DNA of 63,759 bases, the filler included, from Lenisia limosa (Eukaryota > Protista > Breviatea): assembly GCA_001655205.1 (NCBI GenBank). It is 11 parts of 11 records of this genome, joined end to end, with 100 filler letters (N's around TTAATTAATTAA, not from the genome) between each part and the next. Parts side by side here need not be neighbours in the genome. Positions count along the whole stretch, not along the records: positions 13,415 to 18,357 come from LPNZ01007251.1; positions 18,458 to 31,796 come from LPNZ01008003.1; 9 more parts are not named here. One strand, given 5' to 3'. Positions 14,434 through 31,796 of the stretch are shown in pieces. Made by a program: the position numbers and the translations under genes. Every line of letters starts with the position of its first letter. Within the stretch, counting starts at the first letter, position 1. The notes beneath the pieces are model-generated. The model had not been told where the DNA came from. It did no database searches and was given only the letters and a program-made list of their open reading frames with translations.

Positions 14434-15051
14434 GCTTCCGCTTCTTTCGTTTTGTTTACTTTGGTGTTAGATAGAAACGTGCTCTATTCTGTCCAGATCC
14501 AGGGTTCAAGTATTACATGCTGAGTATGGCGTGAGAGTCCGAGGTGCTCTACAAAATTCTGAGGCAGAAATCCTTTCCAATTCACGTTTTTGCTTTTTTT
14601 TTTTTTTTTTGNNNNNNNNNNNNNNNNNNNNNNNNNNNNNNNNNNNNNNNNNNNNNNNNNNNNNNNNNNNNNNNNNNNNNNNNNNNNNNNNNNNNNNNNN
14701 NNNNNNNNNNNNNNNNNNNATCAAACAACCACTAGTGTGGACAGGAGCTGGCACAACAAAAGACAGGTAGGTGAAGAAGAGTCAAATCAAAAGAGGAAGG
14801 TTGATTTGTCGTTTACCTTGACAATGCATTCTCTCCCTGCTCTCCACAGGCTTATTATTATTGTTCTTTATATTGCAGTGTGGTATCTGAGACAGCTGAG
14901 ATGAATATTCCCTCATTTATCTTCTCAAAACCTTTTCATGCTTGGAGTATTCCCTAAGTTCACGATAATCCTTCTACTTGATGATGAAGCAATTTGCTAC
15001 TATTGCTATTCCCCCCAGTAACATTAAACAGTTATCAGCTTCAACTGAATA

Positions 15052-18000
15052 ATGGAGGGCTCACAGATAGAGAGGATTGACTTCACTGTTTTTGGTGGGG
15101 GATAGGCGAATGTTTGTGGATAGCAACCCTGTCTGTCTTACCTAAATTGATTTCACAGCAATACTCCTCATAGTTCAAACTTCTTCCTACTTTCAAAAAC
15201 TAAACCGCCAATATCTTGTTTATAATAATCAGTACTTACTTTTTCAAAACAACCTGAAGCAACTTTATTTTAAAAGGGGGAAGGGTGGGGGATAAACACA
15301 ATTGTTGGCAGAGTTATTTCAGTTTTTTCTTCTTTGTTGTTGTTGTTGACATAAATTTGCTATTCTTACCTCCAATTTTACTCCCCAGGGGCCACGGGAT
15401 ATGCTGGCCAGTTTTGTGCTGTCGAAGCCGCTTTGCTTGCTCAAGAGCTCAGAATGACATGGGCGGTGGCAGGAAGGTGTGGGTAACTACAAGAGTGTAT
15501 CTATGGAGGAGGAGTTGGATGAATTTGGTGAAAATGATTGTCTCCTTTGTGTTCATTCTTTTCCTTTTAATTTTTTTCGGTCGTATTTCAGAATAAATAT
15601 GGATACGAAGTATGAGTCTTTCATGAATTATGACCCTATAACCCTGTAGAAACCTTGATAAAATGAAGAAAGTTGTCGCTGCCAACAAACAAAGTTGGAT
15701 TTTGGGTGTTGTTTTTTTGCCGTTCTCATTCTTACGATTCTCGTTTACACCCAACAGACAACCCAGCAATCACCACTGACCCCATCTTCATCATTGCCGA
15801 TTCTGGGGATGAGGAGTCCCTAAGAGAAATGGCCAAGATGTCAAGAGTGCTCATCAGGTTTGTTCGACAGTTTGTCTGAATAAATCGTAACTAATGACTC
15901 TCAACTCAGGAGCACGCATCCTTTAGATACGTATACATATATAATACATACATATCAGATGCATATTAATCCTATTGACAATGAAAATCACAGTTTAATA
16001 GTATATCATATGTACAATGATTAAGTATACTATGGGTTTATTGTATGTTTAATTACCGATGGGATATTTTATGATACTGTGGACGGCTTCGGATTGAAAT
16101 TCCTTTTATTTCACATTCTGACCACCATCGTTCTTTTTATGATACAGTGCTGTTGGGCCCTACCGCACTCTTGGAATGGCCACTCTGAGAGCCTGTGTCT
16201 CCGAAAACTGTGACTACGTTGACATCTGTGTGAGCCTGGGGGTAGCTATGGAATTCTTAAGATCCCCAAGGAAACTGTTGCCATTATGACGTGCAGGTAA
16301 AAGTTTTCAAAAAGTTGAAATAATAGTGTTGGAAAATGGAGTGGTATTAGATCACATAGTCTCATTTTTAATTGATGATTCCGAATCACACATGATATCC
16401 CTACTTGTATATTATATTACGTAGCTATATAGTATTTATCATATTGTTTATCTCCTAGGGGGAGCCATTCTTCATTGAGTCTGCAAGAGCAAAACTGAGC
16501 GATAAAGCCAAAGAGAATGGGTGCACCTGTGTTACTGCATGCGGCTTTGACTCCCTCCCTGCTGAACTTGGTGAGTTTCAAATGTGCTGATCGTTTATTG
16601 GCTGTTTAATACAGTACTTTGCTCAGATGTAACAATGATATTGGATATCTTTCAGCGTTTCTCTTCTAAAAAAGCTCTTTCTTTCCATGGTAGTTTATTT
16701 ATTAAACTTTAACTTGATTTTCTTTATTATGAGACCACCGAAACATGATAACAATTGAATTCCCATACCATTATTTTTGTTTTCATCCATTTAGTATAAT
16801 ACTCTGATAATTCTAGGTACTGTTTTGGCATGTAAAGAGCTGAAGAAAGCAGGGGCCCAGCCAGACTCGGTTGAGATGTTCCACTCCTTCAAACCGTCCG
16901 GATCCGGAGCATTGTGGGTTGGGTGTCATTTCAGCCTGAAAGGCAACATTTTTTATCAAACAATCAACACTATTTCACTAGAGAATTAGTGCATTCGCAG
17001 AAACAAATGGATATTTGCCCAAGAGTATTGTTTGTTTACAAGTTATTTACAGGAAATATTGATAAACATTTTTGGTTCCAAAAGAATCATCAGAGGCACT
17101 TTCTGTGACTATGTAGCCTTCATCACACTACGTGGGACGCGTTCGTGGACTCTCTTGCTGGTGAGGGGCAATGAACCTTCTTCAAATTCAATACAAAATG
17201 AAAGGTAGAACTTTGGATGAAATGAGAGATGGTCAATGTGTTCCAATTCAACATAGCATCTGCATACATCTGACAAATTACCAAACCTTTCAATTTGTAT
17301 AAGTGAGATAAAAAAGAAAAAAAATACTATTTATGACACACCACCACTTGTGTAAAGGATATCATATGATGATACTATAATTCACTCCGTCGTTTATTGT
17401 CCGTCTCCTTTCACCAGCTCTGTGCATCTTGATTATTTTTAGGTATTGGAGAACTAATTTCTTTGCGGAAGTCTCTCCCTCGCGTAAATGGGGTGCTTTT
17501 TCCCCTGTTGTTTATCTTAAGGATATCATAACATCACCCAATGGTATTTAATCAGTCATCATTATGAAGAAGTCAATTTCTTAATAATTCAGTCCCCACA
17601 CAAGCCCCAAGGCAAACCAATTGTCCAGCATAAGGCGCACTTTTTCGAGCCGCGTGTGCAGGAATGGTATGAAGGGCGGCTATTTGGTTCGAAAAACACC
17701 AAGAAATACCAATGGAACAGATCCAAAATTCTCAACTAATTTACCATCCAGGCTTTGTTTGTTTTGTTATTTTCAACCATCGTGTTTTTTTCATTTGGGG
17801 CTTGTTTTATCCTTTTTCTTTTTCACCCTCCCCCTATAGGAATGTTCCCTTTTTCGGAAGTGACAGTTCTGTGGTTCGCACCTCTCAGCAGCTTCTTGCC
17901 GAAAATGGCCTCAGCAAACCAGTTCACTTCGGGTTGGCGCAGTGTAAACAAGCAATTAGGGTGAAGGTATAATTTCCAAATAGCAGCTAACATTTTGATC

Positions 18001-18357
18001 TCGATGATTTTTCGACGAAAAATGGAAACCTCATATTAATGGATCATATTGTACTCATTCATAGACCATGAATATGACTGTCCAGAGCCTATGCTGCCTT
18101 AAAGAACAAGATCTGGGTATACGTCTTCATTGGCTGGTTTGCAATGATCAGCTTCCTCATCAAGTACAAACTCATGAGGTTTGGTGCAGGTAGCCTTTTT
18201 AATCAGACGTACTACTTGTGATTTTTTTTTTCGTGTGGTGTTTATGTGTACCTAATTGTAAAATCTTGAACTTCACTGCAAAACAATACCGCCTACCTCA
18301 TGACTCTTATTCTTCAGATTCCTGATGCACGAGTACCCAGTCATCTTTACCTTTGGC
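15052..18357 (+). CDS. SCCPDH: Saccharopine dehydrogenase-like oxidoreductase, 3'-partial
   Basis: MEGSQIERIDFTVF|GATGYAG...WAVAGR, SAVGPYRTLG...ACV...DYVDIC|GEPFF, TACGFDSLPAELG, GSDSSVVR, EYPVIFTFG. Confidence 0.9.
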
Positions 18358-18457
18358 NNNNNNNNNNNNNNNNNNNNNNNNNNNNNNNNNNNNNNNNNNN
18401 NTTAATTAATTAANNNNNNNNNNNNNNNNNNNNNNNNNNNNNNNNNNNNNNNNNNNN

Positions 18458-18771
18458 GTTCTAACCTGAATAGACCAGAATATGTTCTAACCTGAATAGA
18501 CCAGAGTATGTTCTAGCTTGAATAGACCAGAATATGTTCTAACCTGAATAGACCAGAATATGTTCTAACCTGAATAGACCAGAATATGTTCTAACCTGAA
18601 TAGACCAGAATATGTTCTAACCTGAATAGACCAGAGTATGTTCTAACCTGAATAGACCAGAATATGTTCTAACCTGAATAGACCAGAGTATGTTCTAACC
18701 TGAATAGACCAGAGTATGTTCTAACCTGAATAGACCGGAATATGTTCTAACCTGAATAGACCAGAGTATGT
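18458..18771. repeat. 26-bp minisatellite, about 12 copies (GTTCTAACCTGAATAGACCAGA[A/G]TAT)
   Basis: Head-to-tail near-identical units with no spacers, at a scaffold start. Confidence 0.95.
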
Positions 18772-18799
18772 TAGGGGGTTTTGTTTCATAAATTACAAT

Positions 18800-21794
18800 T
18801 TCCCAGTACCTGGCATCTGTCGCGCGAACAGCACATTGACTTAGTAAAAACGGTATTGCTTGGGGCACTACGAGCCGTCCCACCTCACGCTGTCGACACA
18901 GACAAGTTAGTGAGACCGATCCTGTCGCTGCTTGACTCAAGAGTACGTTATGGGTACTGGCGTAGAGGCGTAGTTCATCAACCCTCTTCACCTACCACTA
19001 ATCACCTCATCGTTGCAGTTCTTATTAAATGGAAATCAAGCGCCCAACATTTTCAAGATCAACACTCATGGGGACGCCCTCTCGTTTGCAAACTCATCCA
19101 AGCTGCTCTGTGGGGGTCACTTCAGAAAGCGTAATTGTTAAACCACATTCATAGTTCACTGTAATTCACCTTACCTTCTAATTCCTCATGAAGGTGACGA
19201 AGAAGCCCTACCAGACTTCATTAATACCATTATTGGTGTTGTCGAAGGTTTGTTGGCCAGTCTGGCGATACCACTCACTGTTCAGTGAGTCTGAGCTCTG
19301 TTCCCCCAGCCTCTATCGTGGTCGTACTTTCCAACATCAATCTTAGTACGCAAGGGTGTAGCAAAATAAGACTTGTTGTTCAGTGAGAATTTGATATACT
19401 AAACATATCATAGTACTATGTTATGATATACTACATATAGCTAGTAGATATATGTTATGATATAAAATATCAAATGATAGATGAAAAACAATGTATAGCA
19501 AGGAAGTAAGATTCTTCAGATAAGTTTCTGCTTGTCTTACTATCAGTACCAAATGTGGCCACTCAAGTACATGTAACTGAAGTATGCCTCCTTGCTTATG
19601 CCAACCACGAGCTTGCCAATGTTAGTGAATCTCAATCCTGTCAAAAAAATACGTCACTATTCTTTTTATGTGTTGAGTTTATTTGGCATTATCTTGATCC
19701 AGGTGGACCGAATTGTAGACGTGTTAGCTGTACAGCATTTTGACGACTTCCTTCAGACTTGTGTCAGCACAGTAAGGTGGCGCAAAGAAATGATGCATCT
19801 CTTCCATCTTGACCCACACCCCAACACTCTTCCATCTTGACCCAACGCTGATTCAGAATCTTGACCAGAATCTTGACCCCTTCTTATCATCGCCCCCTCC
19901 TCCCAGTCATCACCACTTTCTCTCTACGCCGCCGCTGCTCATAAACTGCGCGAAGTACCCCCCACGGTGGGTGCCATATGTTCACTCCTGTGTTCAAATT
20001 AGAAATAAAAAAAAAGGTAGTATCNNNNNNNNNNNNNNNNNNNNNNNNNNNNNNNNNNNNNNNNNNNNNNNNNNNNNNNNNNNNNNNNNNNNNNNNNNNN
20101 NNNNNNNNNNNNNNNNNNNNNNNNNNNNNNNNNNNNNNNNNNNNNNNNNNNNNNNNNNNNNNNNNNNNNNNNNNNNNNNNNNNNATTATGCCACAGATTC
20201 AGGAGGTGCCAGAGAGTTAGTATTGCAGACATCAAAGGCTTTATAGAATAATATTATCGTAAATATTGATAACGTCCTAGAACAGATTATAGTAGATTAT
20301 AAGTGGCTCAATAGTACTAGGTCTCAGGTGGAGAGATCCCCTAGTCTATGAGGGTTGTTTAGGAGAAGCGCCCTCAGTTTTGTTCAATGGGGTGTCATAA
20401 ATGCAGTGATGTTATGGCTCATGAGTTTTCAGATCCATGAGGGAGACAGTATGAGAGGTGGCTTTGACATTGCCATGCAGCCAGGAACACCCGATTATGG
20501 TGGTTTGAGGGCCGTCTCCTGCCGGCTGTCTTATTCCAAAACACCTTGTCTTATTAACCCCCTTCAATATTTGGATTTTTGAAAGTTTTGTGATATACTA
20601 GTAAATATAAAAGTTGTTATTTTTTTTCATCCCCCCCCCCNNNNNNNNNNNNNNNNNNNNNNNNNNNNNNNNNNNNNNNNNNNNNNNNNNNNNNNNNNNN
20701 NNNNNNNNNNNNNNNNNNNNNNNNNNNNNNNNTTGAATACGGCGTGGAAGTGACGCAGTTGCCTTATATGGAAAGTCTACCTTCAGGCCTTGGTTGCTGG
20801 GGGGAGGGGGACGGATGTTCTGTTTGTTTGAAGTGGCCGTTACTGACATCTCAGATTGGACTGCTGCAGCCTCGCGTCTCCTTCAAGCCTCCCTCACTAT
20901 CCAACCCCATGCCCATAGGTCTGGTCCATATTACAGGTCATCCTTAGAAGCCTGCATTCACCTTCGTTTTACCCCCCTCAGACCGCTTGACATTCTACCT
21001 GTCCTCTGCCTCTGCATGGAAGTTATGAGTGACGATCGGAGCTGCTTCGACAAAACACTCAACAACCTGGTGGGTGTGGAGAAACTGTTATTCTCTTCAT
21101 CCTGACCAATCAGTCCAAGAACGTGACAAAACTCTTGAAACAGTACACCAAGGCTGCCCAAAATAAACGAATCAAAAGTCTTAGGAAGAAGTATGCGTTG
21201 ATCCCCCCATTTTGATATGCCGATTTCTCTAGTCACCTCTGACACCAGGGATAACAAGCTTCGAGAAGAGTCCAACAATGTCCGTGTAGGACTGGCTTGC
21301 CGCGCTCTGCTTCTGTTCGTTGATAAAGTGGCGTTAGCCCGCAAGAGGCGCAAGGGCAATATTGTGGGTTGCGTACGATTTGGCGTGATGTTCCTTCATC
21401 CCACAAATATTGTTTATTGCTTTCAGCTTGATAGTACGCCATCCAAAACCCTCATCGCAGATTTGGATGATCTACTCTCTCTCCGGACTCTTGCCGTGTT
21501 CCAATCCGAAGATGTTTGTGGGCATCATTCTACTGTTTATGTGTTATGCCGAAATAGTGGCTATTCAGAATTGAACTGGAATGAGACTATCGCATTATTG
21601 TGAAAACACCAGCAAGACATATCATGTGTGTACTGTACTATGTACTACAACCCTTCATCCAGTAGTATGCAGCCTTCTTCAATGAAATGGAAACGCTACT
21701 GTCGCCGCTAACCACTCTGGCCAATTTTGAGGCCAATTTGGTCAGAGCCCTGGTACCCTTCGCTCCTCATCTCCTCGCATTCTTCCCAGAGTAA
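18800..21794 (+). CDS. Hypothetical helical (HEAT/ARM-like) multi-exon protein, 5'-partial
   Basis: Leu-rich spliced exons (EQHIDLVKTVLLGALRAVPP..., WTAAASRLLQASLTIQPHAHR, last exon ...RALVPFAPHLLAFFPE*). No specific family recognised. Confidence 0.45.
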
Positions 21795-23099
21795 CTCCTC
21801 TTTCTCTTTTCTTGATTTTTTTCTAATTTTGATCATGTATGATATAATATATTATAATAGATAAGATATCACTGCACCTTATTGGGAGGCATCAGATTTA
21901 CTTGAATCCTAGGGTTGTAAATATATATGTCCCTTGTTTTATGAATTTCCCTGGGAGTGCTGCACAGAAGCCTGGGCTTTTACTAGCCAACAAGTGACAG
22001 AGTTGATTTTGGGCTTTAAAATTTCACACGGTAATTTTGGGTGATCGGGTGATGGTGACTCACGTTCGTGATTAGTACCTTTACGCCAGTATTCGTCGAG
22101 ATTTCCTTCGACTATTTATATTCCACCTCTTTTCCAAGCAAATCTATTCAGGCGGCGGGGAGAATCGTATATTATGGAAAAGGGGAAAGGTAGTAGACAT
22201 ATCATATCATATGTTAAACTAGTGATGATGACCGACTTCCTACGAAAATGATGAACGAAGATAACACGAGAGTATTCATTGAGTCAATTATCACACGAGT
22301 GGATATGAGGTATCATATCACTGCGTCGAAAATAATCGCTCTCACGTGTGAAAATGATCCAAAAAGTACATAGTATAGTGTATTACATTAATCGCCAATT
22401 CTCCAAAAAGTAAAAACTGTATTTCATGCGGGCAAAAGGCCCATTTAGCATTATTTTACCATAAACAATTAGAGCGCTTCATTCAACCAACTCCTGGCTT
22501 TCCATCACGTGATGAGATCTAAGTGGGTCAGCTGGCACTTTGACTCAAGACAGGCAACATGGAATGCTCATCTTGAAATATGACATAAAAAAAATATATG
22601 AGACGTAACTTAAAGTGACACCCATCCAGCCATTACCTGTCTAGTTTGCTATTTATAAACACAAAATGTTTCATGGTGTTCTTTGCGTTTTGTTGATAAA
22701 CGTAGGGCAGCATTGCCGCACCTATACAGTTACATTGACAGGGAAACTAAATAAGCGGATTAAGAGGCGATTGACTGTTATTTCGGATAAAAATAGGTTA
22801 CAATATAGCGATTGAAACGATGTTTTCCTTTGTATTCATGATGAGGAAAGGTGGAGACCGGGGAGATGAAAATACTAAAACCGATTACTGGTACAACTCT
22901 ATTTTAATGAAATTTTATCAACCTCCTTTAAAAACGTTATTTATCAATCGCTCACTTAAAAATTTTAACTATCTGTAATTAAAAAATCAATTGTGCCCTT
23001 CGCCCCAATCTCACCTGACTCACTCAAACAGATGATCGTACAAAAACTGTAGCCCTTTTTACAGATTACCTCTCTAAAATCGTAAAAGTGCCGCGAAGT

Positions 23100-24560
23100 C
23101 TGTCAAAATGCAAGCAGTCTGAGCCTACATTGAGGGACTCAGGAGTAGTTGTGTGATGGTGTCGAAGTCAAAATCAGCCTTAACTTCCTAAGAGGACGGT
23201 AATTGGAAATCGCCCTTCAAGAGATCCAGTGGATCAGTAGAGACTCAAAAAGAGCAATCCATTCAGTGCTATGAAGACATTCCAACAAATATGCAGATAA
23301 AAATGAGAAATAAAAGAAGGGAGTATCTGACAACAGGCCCACCAGTCTATTGAGAATATTACCTTCTTCGTTCATTGTCCCAAAGTTCTTTACCTGGGGG
23401 AGGATGGGGTAACGAGTATGACGATCTAAAAAATTTGCGTTTTATTTCTATAATTTTATTCCTCAAAAGACTAATTTCCGGTTTTCCCATATATATACAT
23501 ACATATACTAGATATATAATTATTACATCGTAGACCTCAACAGTCGGATTATTCTGAGAGTATTAAAAGAGACAATCTTATTAAATATATATATCATATA
23601 ATATATACNNNNNNNNNNNNNNNNNNNNNNNNNNNNNNNNNNNNNNNNNNNNNNNNNNNNNNNNNNNNNNNNNNNNNNNNNNNNNNNNNNNNNNNNNNNN
23701 NNNNNNNNNNNNNNNNNNNNNNNNNNNNNNNNNNNNNNNTTTGTATAGTATAATATCATATCATCTATGAAATACTGAATACTATATATTATATTATGAC
23801 ATAGAAATGAGAAATATTGGAAATGTAAGTCTTTCTACTTGAAAAGGGCTCAATTATTTTATCAGCATATCACACCGTTAAAGCTCACTCAACCAACAAA
23901 ATTGAAAACAAATCCGTACCCACCTGGTACGTCACCACATCAGCTCCTTGCTCCTTCAGTCGTTCCTACTTGATGAACTCTATTTCTCTTTAACAGTGAG
24001 ATGAATGACATCGACGCATTATCATTACTCATGTTTCTCCAAACTTTGCCACCTCCCCCCCCCCCCCNNNNNNNNNNNNNNNNNNNNNNNNNNNNNNNNN
24101 NNNNNNNNNNNNNNNNNNNNNNNNNNNNNNNNNNNNNNNNNNNNNNNNNNNATCTGGAGAAATGAAGGACAAAGAAGTTTTTGGAAGTTCAAAATACGTC
24201 AAGAACATCACCTCATCATCATGGTCCTCCTTATTATCTGAAACATCTTCAACAATAGACTCCTTTTCAGCCAGAGATGGCGCAATAGGTACTGCATTTC
24301 GACTGGGTGCCATCTCCCCGTATTCAGTTGGTACTCAGCAAACTGGCTTTCAAACTACCTCTACCTTTTGGCCAGCACACGAGCAACACCCAGAGTCTCC
24401 CCAGAGTGCTTCAAGCAAGGGGCTGAACACGGCTGAAACTCCCAGAATAGATGGGATCCAGGGATCTGGTTATGGTGGTCATGCGGATCATTTGCTGGTG
24501 ACTTTGCTTTGCCGGCAAAATAAATCCCTCTCCGCAGCCCCAGTAAAAACGTAATAGTTT
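23100..24560 (-). CDS. Hypothetical multi-exon protein
   Basis: Segments DDEVMFLTYFELPKTSLSFISPD, ERLKEQGADVVTYQ and VKNFGTMNEE with GT/AG boundaries. Start and end are uncertain. Confidence 0.35.
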
Positions 24561-25465
24561 TATTTCGGTTTCAGTTGATTGAGTGATTGATTGAGAGTAC
24601 ATTTGGAGCACATTGAGTGAGAGATTGTTGGATTGTTGAAAAAATATTTAGATATTGTGGAGCCTTGATTTATTGATTTGGTTGTAAGACAATTTTTGAC
24701 ATTAAATCAGATCCACGAGCCAGATCTTGACAGTTCTGTGCAGATCTCGTTCAGAACTACAAAAAAAATATCAAGATCTCCCAAAAAAATATTGGCAAAA
24801 TCCCCAGATCTGTGGCCCCCTGCACGTGCACAAGCTACCAACGTTTAATTTTATAAGCGGTAGAGACCCAGGTAAGGAGGTGTAATATAAGAGGTGTAAT
24901 ACAGTGCCATTTCCCGGGGCGCCCCGGGTCTCATGAAATATAAGGAAGGGACTAATTTTCCGAGAATATACCCGCCGGCGTCAAGGGAAAGTGCCATGTC
25001 ACAGTTCCCGGGCGACCAGGCCTTGACCCATATAACCCAAAAATCTGAAATAGAAATAGACCCGCCGGCGGTCAGGGAAACTGGCACTTGTGGTTAGTGT
25101 GTTAGTGTTATTTATTACTAACGAGTTATTGCTCTGTTGTTATGATTAATTATGTGGTGGCTCGAATGTGGCTGGATTCTGGGGGCAGCAACCCACTCAG
25201 CATTAATTACTCCAAATGGCAAGTCCTGTTTTAGATGATTCTTTTTCGCAAATTTGAAAAACAACTGTGGTGTGAGAAAGGTGGGGGTGTGTGTTATACG
25301 TGTGGAGAAGTTCTTTCTTGATAACTAAAGTGGGTGAGGTTTTTGAAAGTGATTTTCACTTCGTCTTATATTTGTGAAGTTTTTTTGTTGCTAGAACCTA
25401 TTTGGAATATTTTTAAGAAGGATTTCGGATTTCCTTTCTCATGTTGTTGACACTTTAAGAGAGCA

Positions 25466-28893
<3,428 letters not shown>

Positions 28894-29244
28894 CTCTTGT
28901 TTTGTTGCCTCCATTTTGGTTATTTTCTCTAGCGTATATAATAGTATCATATGTATTGCACCAAAATCCTGTCATTAATTCAGAAACCGTGTCATTAATT
29001 AAATTTGTGATTTTTTTTTTTTTTATACCGTAGCACCTACCTGTTTCCAAAATGGCCAAATACATTTTATTCTCTCCTTGGACGGACACATATGATTAAA
29101 TTAATAATACATTACAAAATTCTTGCTCAATATTCAGTCTATCTTTCATACTATGGCGAAGAAGCTTAACAGAATTATCCAAGAATTCTCAGCACAAAAG
29201 GACAAAAGCTGAAAAAAGTGTCCATGTAGCGAAAACTGACCCCC

Positions 29245-29327
29245 CCCACATTTGGATAGGGGAAGCGAAAACTATGTGTTTCACCCACATTTGGATAGGG
29301 GAAGCGAAAACTATGTGTTTCACCCAC
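29245..29327. repeat. 39-bp tandem duplication (CCCACATTTGGATAGGGGAAGCGAAAACTATGTGTTTCA x2)
   Basis: Two exact copies starting at 29245 and 29284. Confidence 0.9.
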
Positions 29328-30849
29328 TTTTCCGTGGAACATTGCAAGAAATATGCACTTTTCTGAGTCAACTCCAAGAGAATTGGAAAACGTTAAATTT
29401 TGTCGTTTTCTAAAACTCTGAGTCACAAAAGTAGACAACAACCACGTGGAAAAAAATGAGGAATTCGAATGGAAAACACTATGAGTCGGGATTTTTTCAC
29501 TTTTTGAGAAGTTTTCTTTGAAAAATATATTTTGTTGGAAAAGTTTTTACCAATCTTCATCCCATTTAGCCACTGAAAAAGAAAGAAAAAAAAAGCGCAC
29601 AATAAATGTCCTTCCTGCTTGTTCCTTCAGAGGGATGAACGAGGGCTTTTTAGCCGAGTTCATCCCGAGGGCGTGCGTCTTGAGTGAATATGGGGAATCA
29701 GTGCCTGCAGGGATTTTGGTTTGAGTCGGTTTCCCAGTGACTTTCTTCATTTTTGGGCCTAGCGGGAAAAAGACGTTTACACCACTTTGTGAAATTATCA
29801 TTAACATTAATGAAATTTAGCACTTTCTATAACTTGAAAACTATATGATTTGACTAATATAAAAGTTAGCGCCCGCCAGAAAACTCCTTAAAATTTTTGA
29901 AAACCACTCCCAGGAAAAAACTCGGGGTTTTCTTGTGGGAAAACAGCAAGGCCGTTTTCCGGGAAAACTCAAATTCTCTAAGAGTTGGGGTTTCCGGTGA
30001 GGATAGTATTGAAAAGAACGTGATGTAGTACCTTGATAACCTCAGATGAATGAATACATTTTGGGAGATCAGACCGATCCCCAACAGGGGGCACATAAAA
30101 CAAAACAAGGGGCGAAAAGAGGAACAACGAAAACATTGAAGAAGCAATTTACTTATTAGCATAGAAGTTGGGAGCGAAGGAGGTAGCGGTTCNNNNNNNN
30201 NNNNNNNNNNNNNNNNNNNNNNNNNNNNNNNNNNNNNNNNNNNNNNNNNNNNNNNNNNNNNNNNNNNNNNNNNNNNNNNNNNNNNNNNNNNNNNNNNNNN
30301 NNNNNNNNNNNNNNNATGACAGAAAAGCAGGGAATAATTTTTTGATGTCTGGGGGTGCACCTCCTATTTTTGCCAAACCCAAAATTGAAATTTTCTTGTT
30401 TTCCCTTTCTTTTATTGCTGATAAAAATTGTTAAACCAGGCACCAATATGAGAAATTTTAGGCGAGTTAATGGTCTTTTCGCAAATGGAGACATTGTGTC
30501 TAAAGCAGCAATCTCGCCAAAATAAAAATGTTTCATCATTATTTTCATTTCTGTTAGCAACAAGAGTGTTACGACAATTTTCTTAGTTCTATTCCATTTT
30601 GAGCAATTATTTTTCGCATTTCAAACACATTCACAGAATGAGGAAAGTTCACAGATATAGTGTATGGACGGTGTGATGTCATATATTTTCAATATGAAAA
30701 ATATGTCTAGTATAAAATTTTGTGAGAAAATTCCCGAAATCTGTCCTATTTTTTTCAAATCATATTTTTTTTATATTGAAAACAAAAAAGAATTAATTGC
30801 AAAATTAACAGAGGCCTACTAATTACCCAAAGAGTTACCCCCCCACCAC

Positions 30850-31796
30850 CACAGTTCTGAATGAAGGTCCAGACGATGATGACGGGATCAACTGAGGAGT
30901 AAACAAGGTTTGAACTAAGAGTAAAATCATGGATTTATTTGAGCATCATTATCCGTTGATAGTGGCGAAACAGCCATCACGACATACAGGGCCGGTGCCG
31001 GGGGGAGGAGGGGGGATGCCGAACTGAGGCTAATATGTTAGTTGAAAGTCAACGAACCAACAACCGAACCTGTCCAGCAAACTGAGGCGCGCCGGAAAAC
31101 TGAGCATACCCTGAAGTTGGGGGCTGTGTGGTGAGGAATTGGTTGTGCAAGATTGTCTGCGTATTATAGTCACATACAGGAGGAGCAGCAACAGCGGCAG
31201 GGACAGAGGCGAACGCAAGAGTAGCAGGGCGGCCTAACAAGTGAGGGTCGAATGGTAACTAGAAGTGATTGAAGCAAGAGCGATAAGGGTTGCGATTAAG
31301 GATTCTCGATGTAGAGGAATTGGCGATACAGGTGGTCATTGAGGTCGAACCGTGAAGAAGGGACGTGGCGGAGGGATCAACATTGACAGGAGTGGTGCAG
31401 TTACCGATGGACTGTCCGCTGAGGGCCGTGCAGGCAAGGGCAGCAGACTCAATGTCCTAAGGCCGGTGGTGAGTGTGTCTGTATGTGTGGGGGGACTAAG
31501 AGCCCACTTACAATGTACTCAATGAGACAGACCCAGTTCTTGGTGGCATCACTACGACGAGCATCAGCAACCTACCATTCAATAATGATAATAAAAATAT
31601 TAACAGGTTATCAGATTTGAGAGTTGTTTAAGAAAACAAAGCACCCCTCCCCCACTTGAGTCACACGGCCTGCTCCTCCAGCCCATCTTTCAACCTCCTT
31701 AACAGTCATGAAGTTAATTAAAGGAAAAGTCCACGTGGATAATAAAAACAACAGCACTTACGACAGCGAACAGACCTGTGAGGTGGTGGAGGGATC
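30850..31796 (-). CDS. RRM-type RNA-binding protein, 5'-partial
   Basis: TVKEVERWAGGAGRVTQ, NWVCLIEY and DIESAALACTALSGQSIGN follow the RRM beta3-alpha2 pattern. A low-complexity P/Q/A tail follows. Confidence 0.5.

Noticed and set aside
18458-18771. 26-bp repeat starting GTT, superficially CRISPR-like
   Set aside because: Units are head-to-tail with no unique spacers, there are no cas genes, and the context is eukaryotic. It is a minisatellite.
24866-24880. CTTACCTGG on the minus strand resembling the U1 snRNA 5' end
   Set aside because: No U1 stem-loops or Sm site follow. On the plus strand it is simply a CAG|GTAAG-like sequence.
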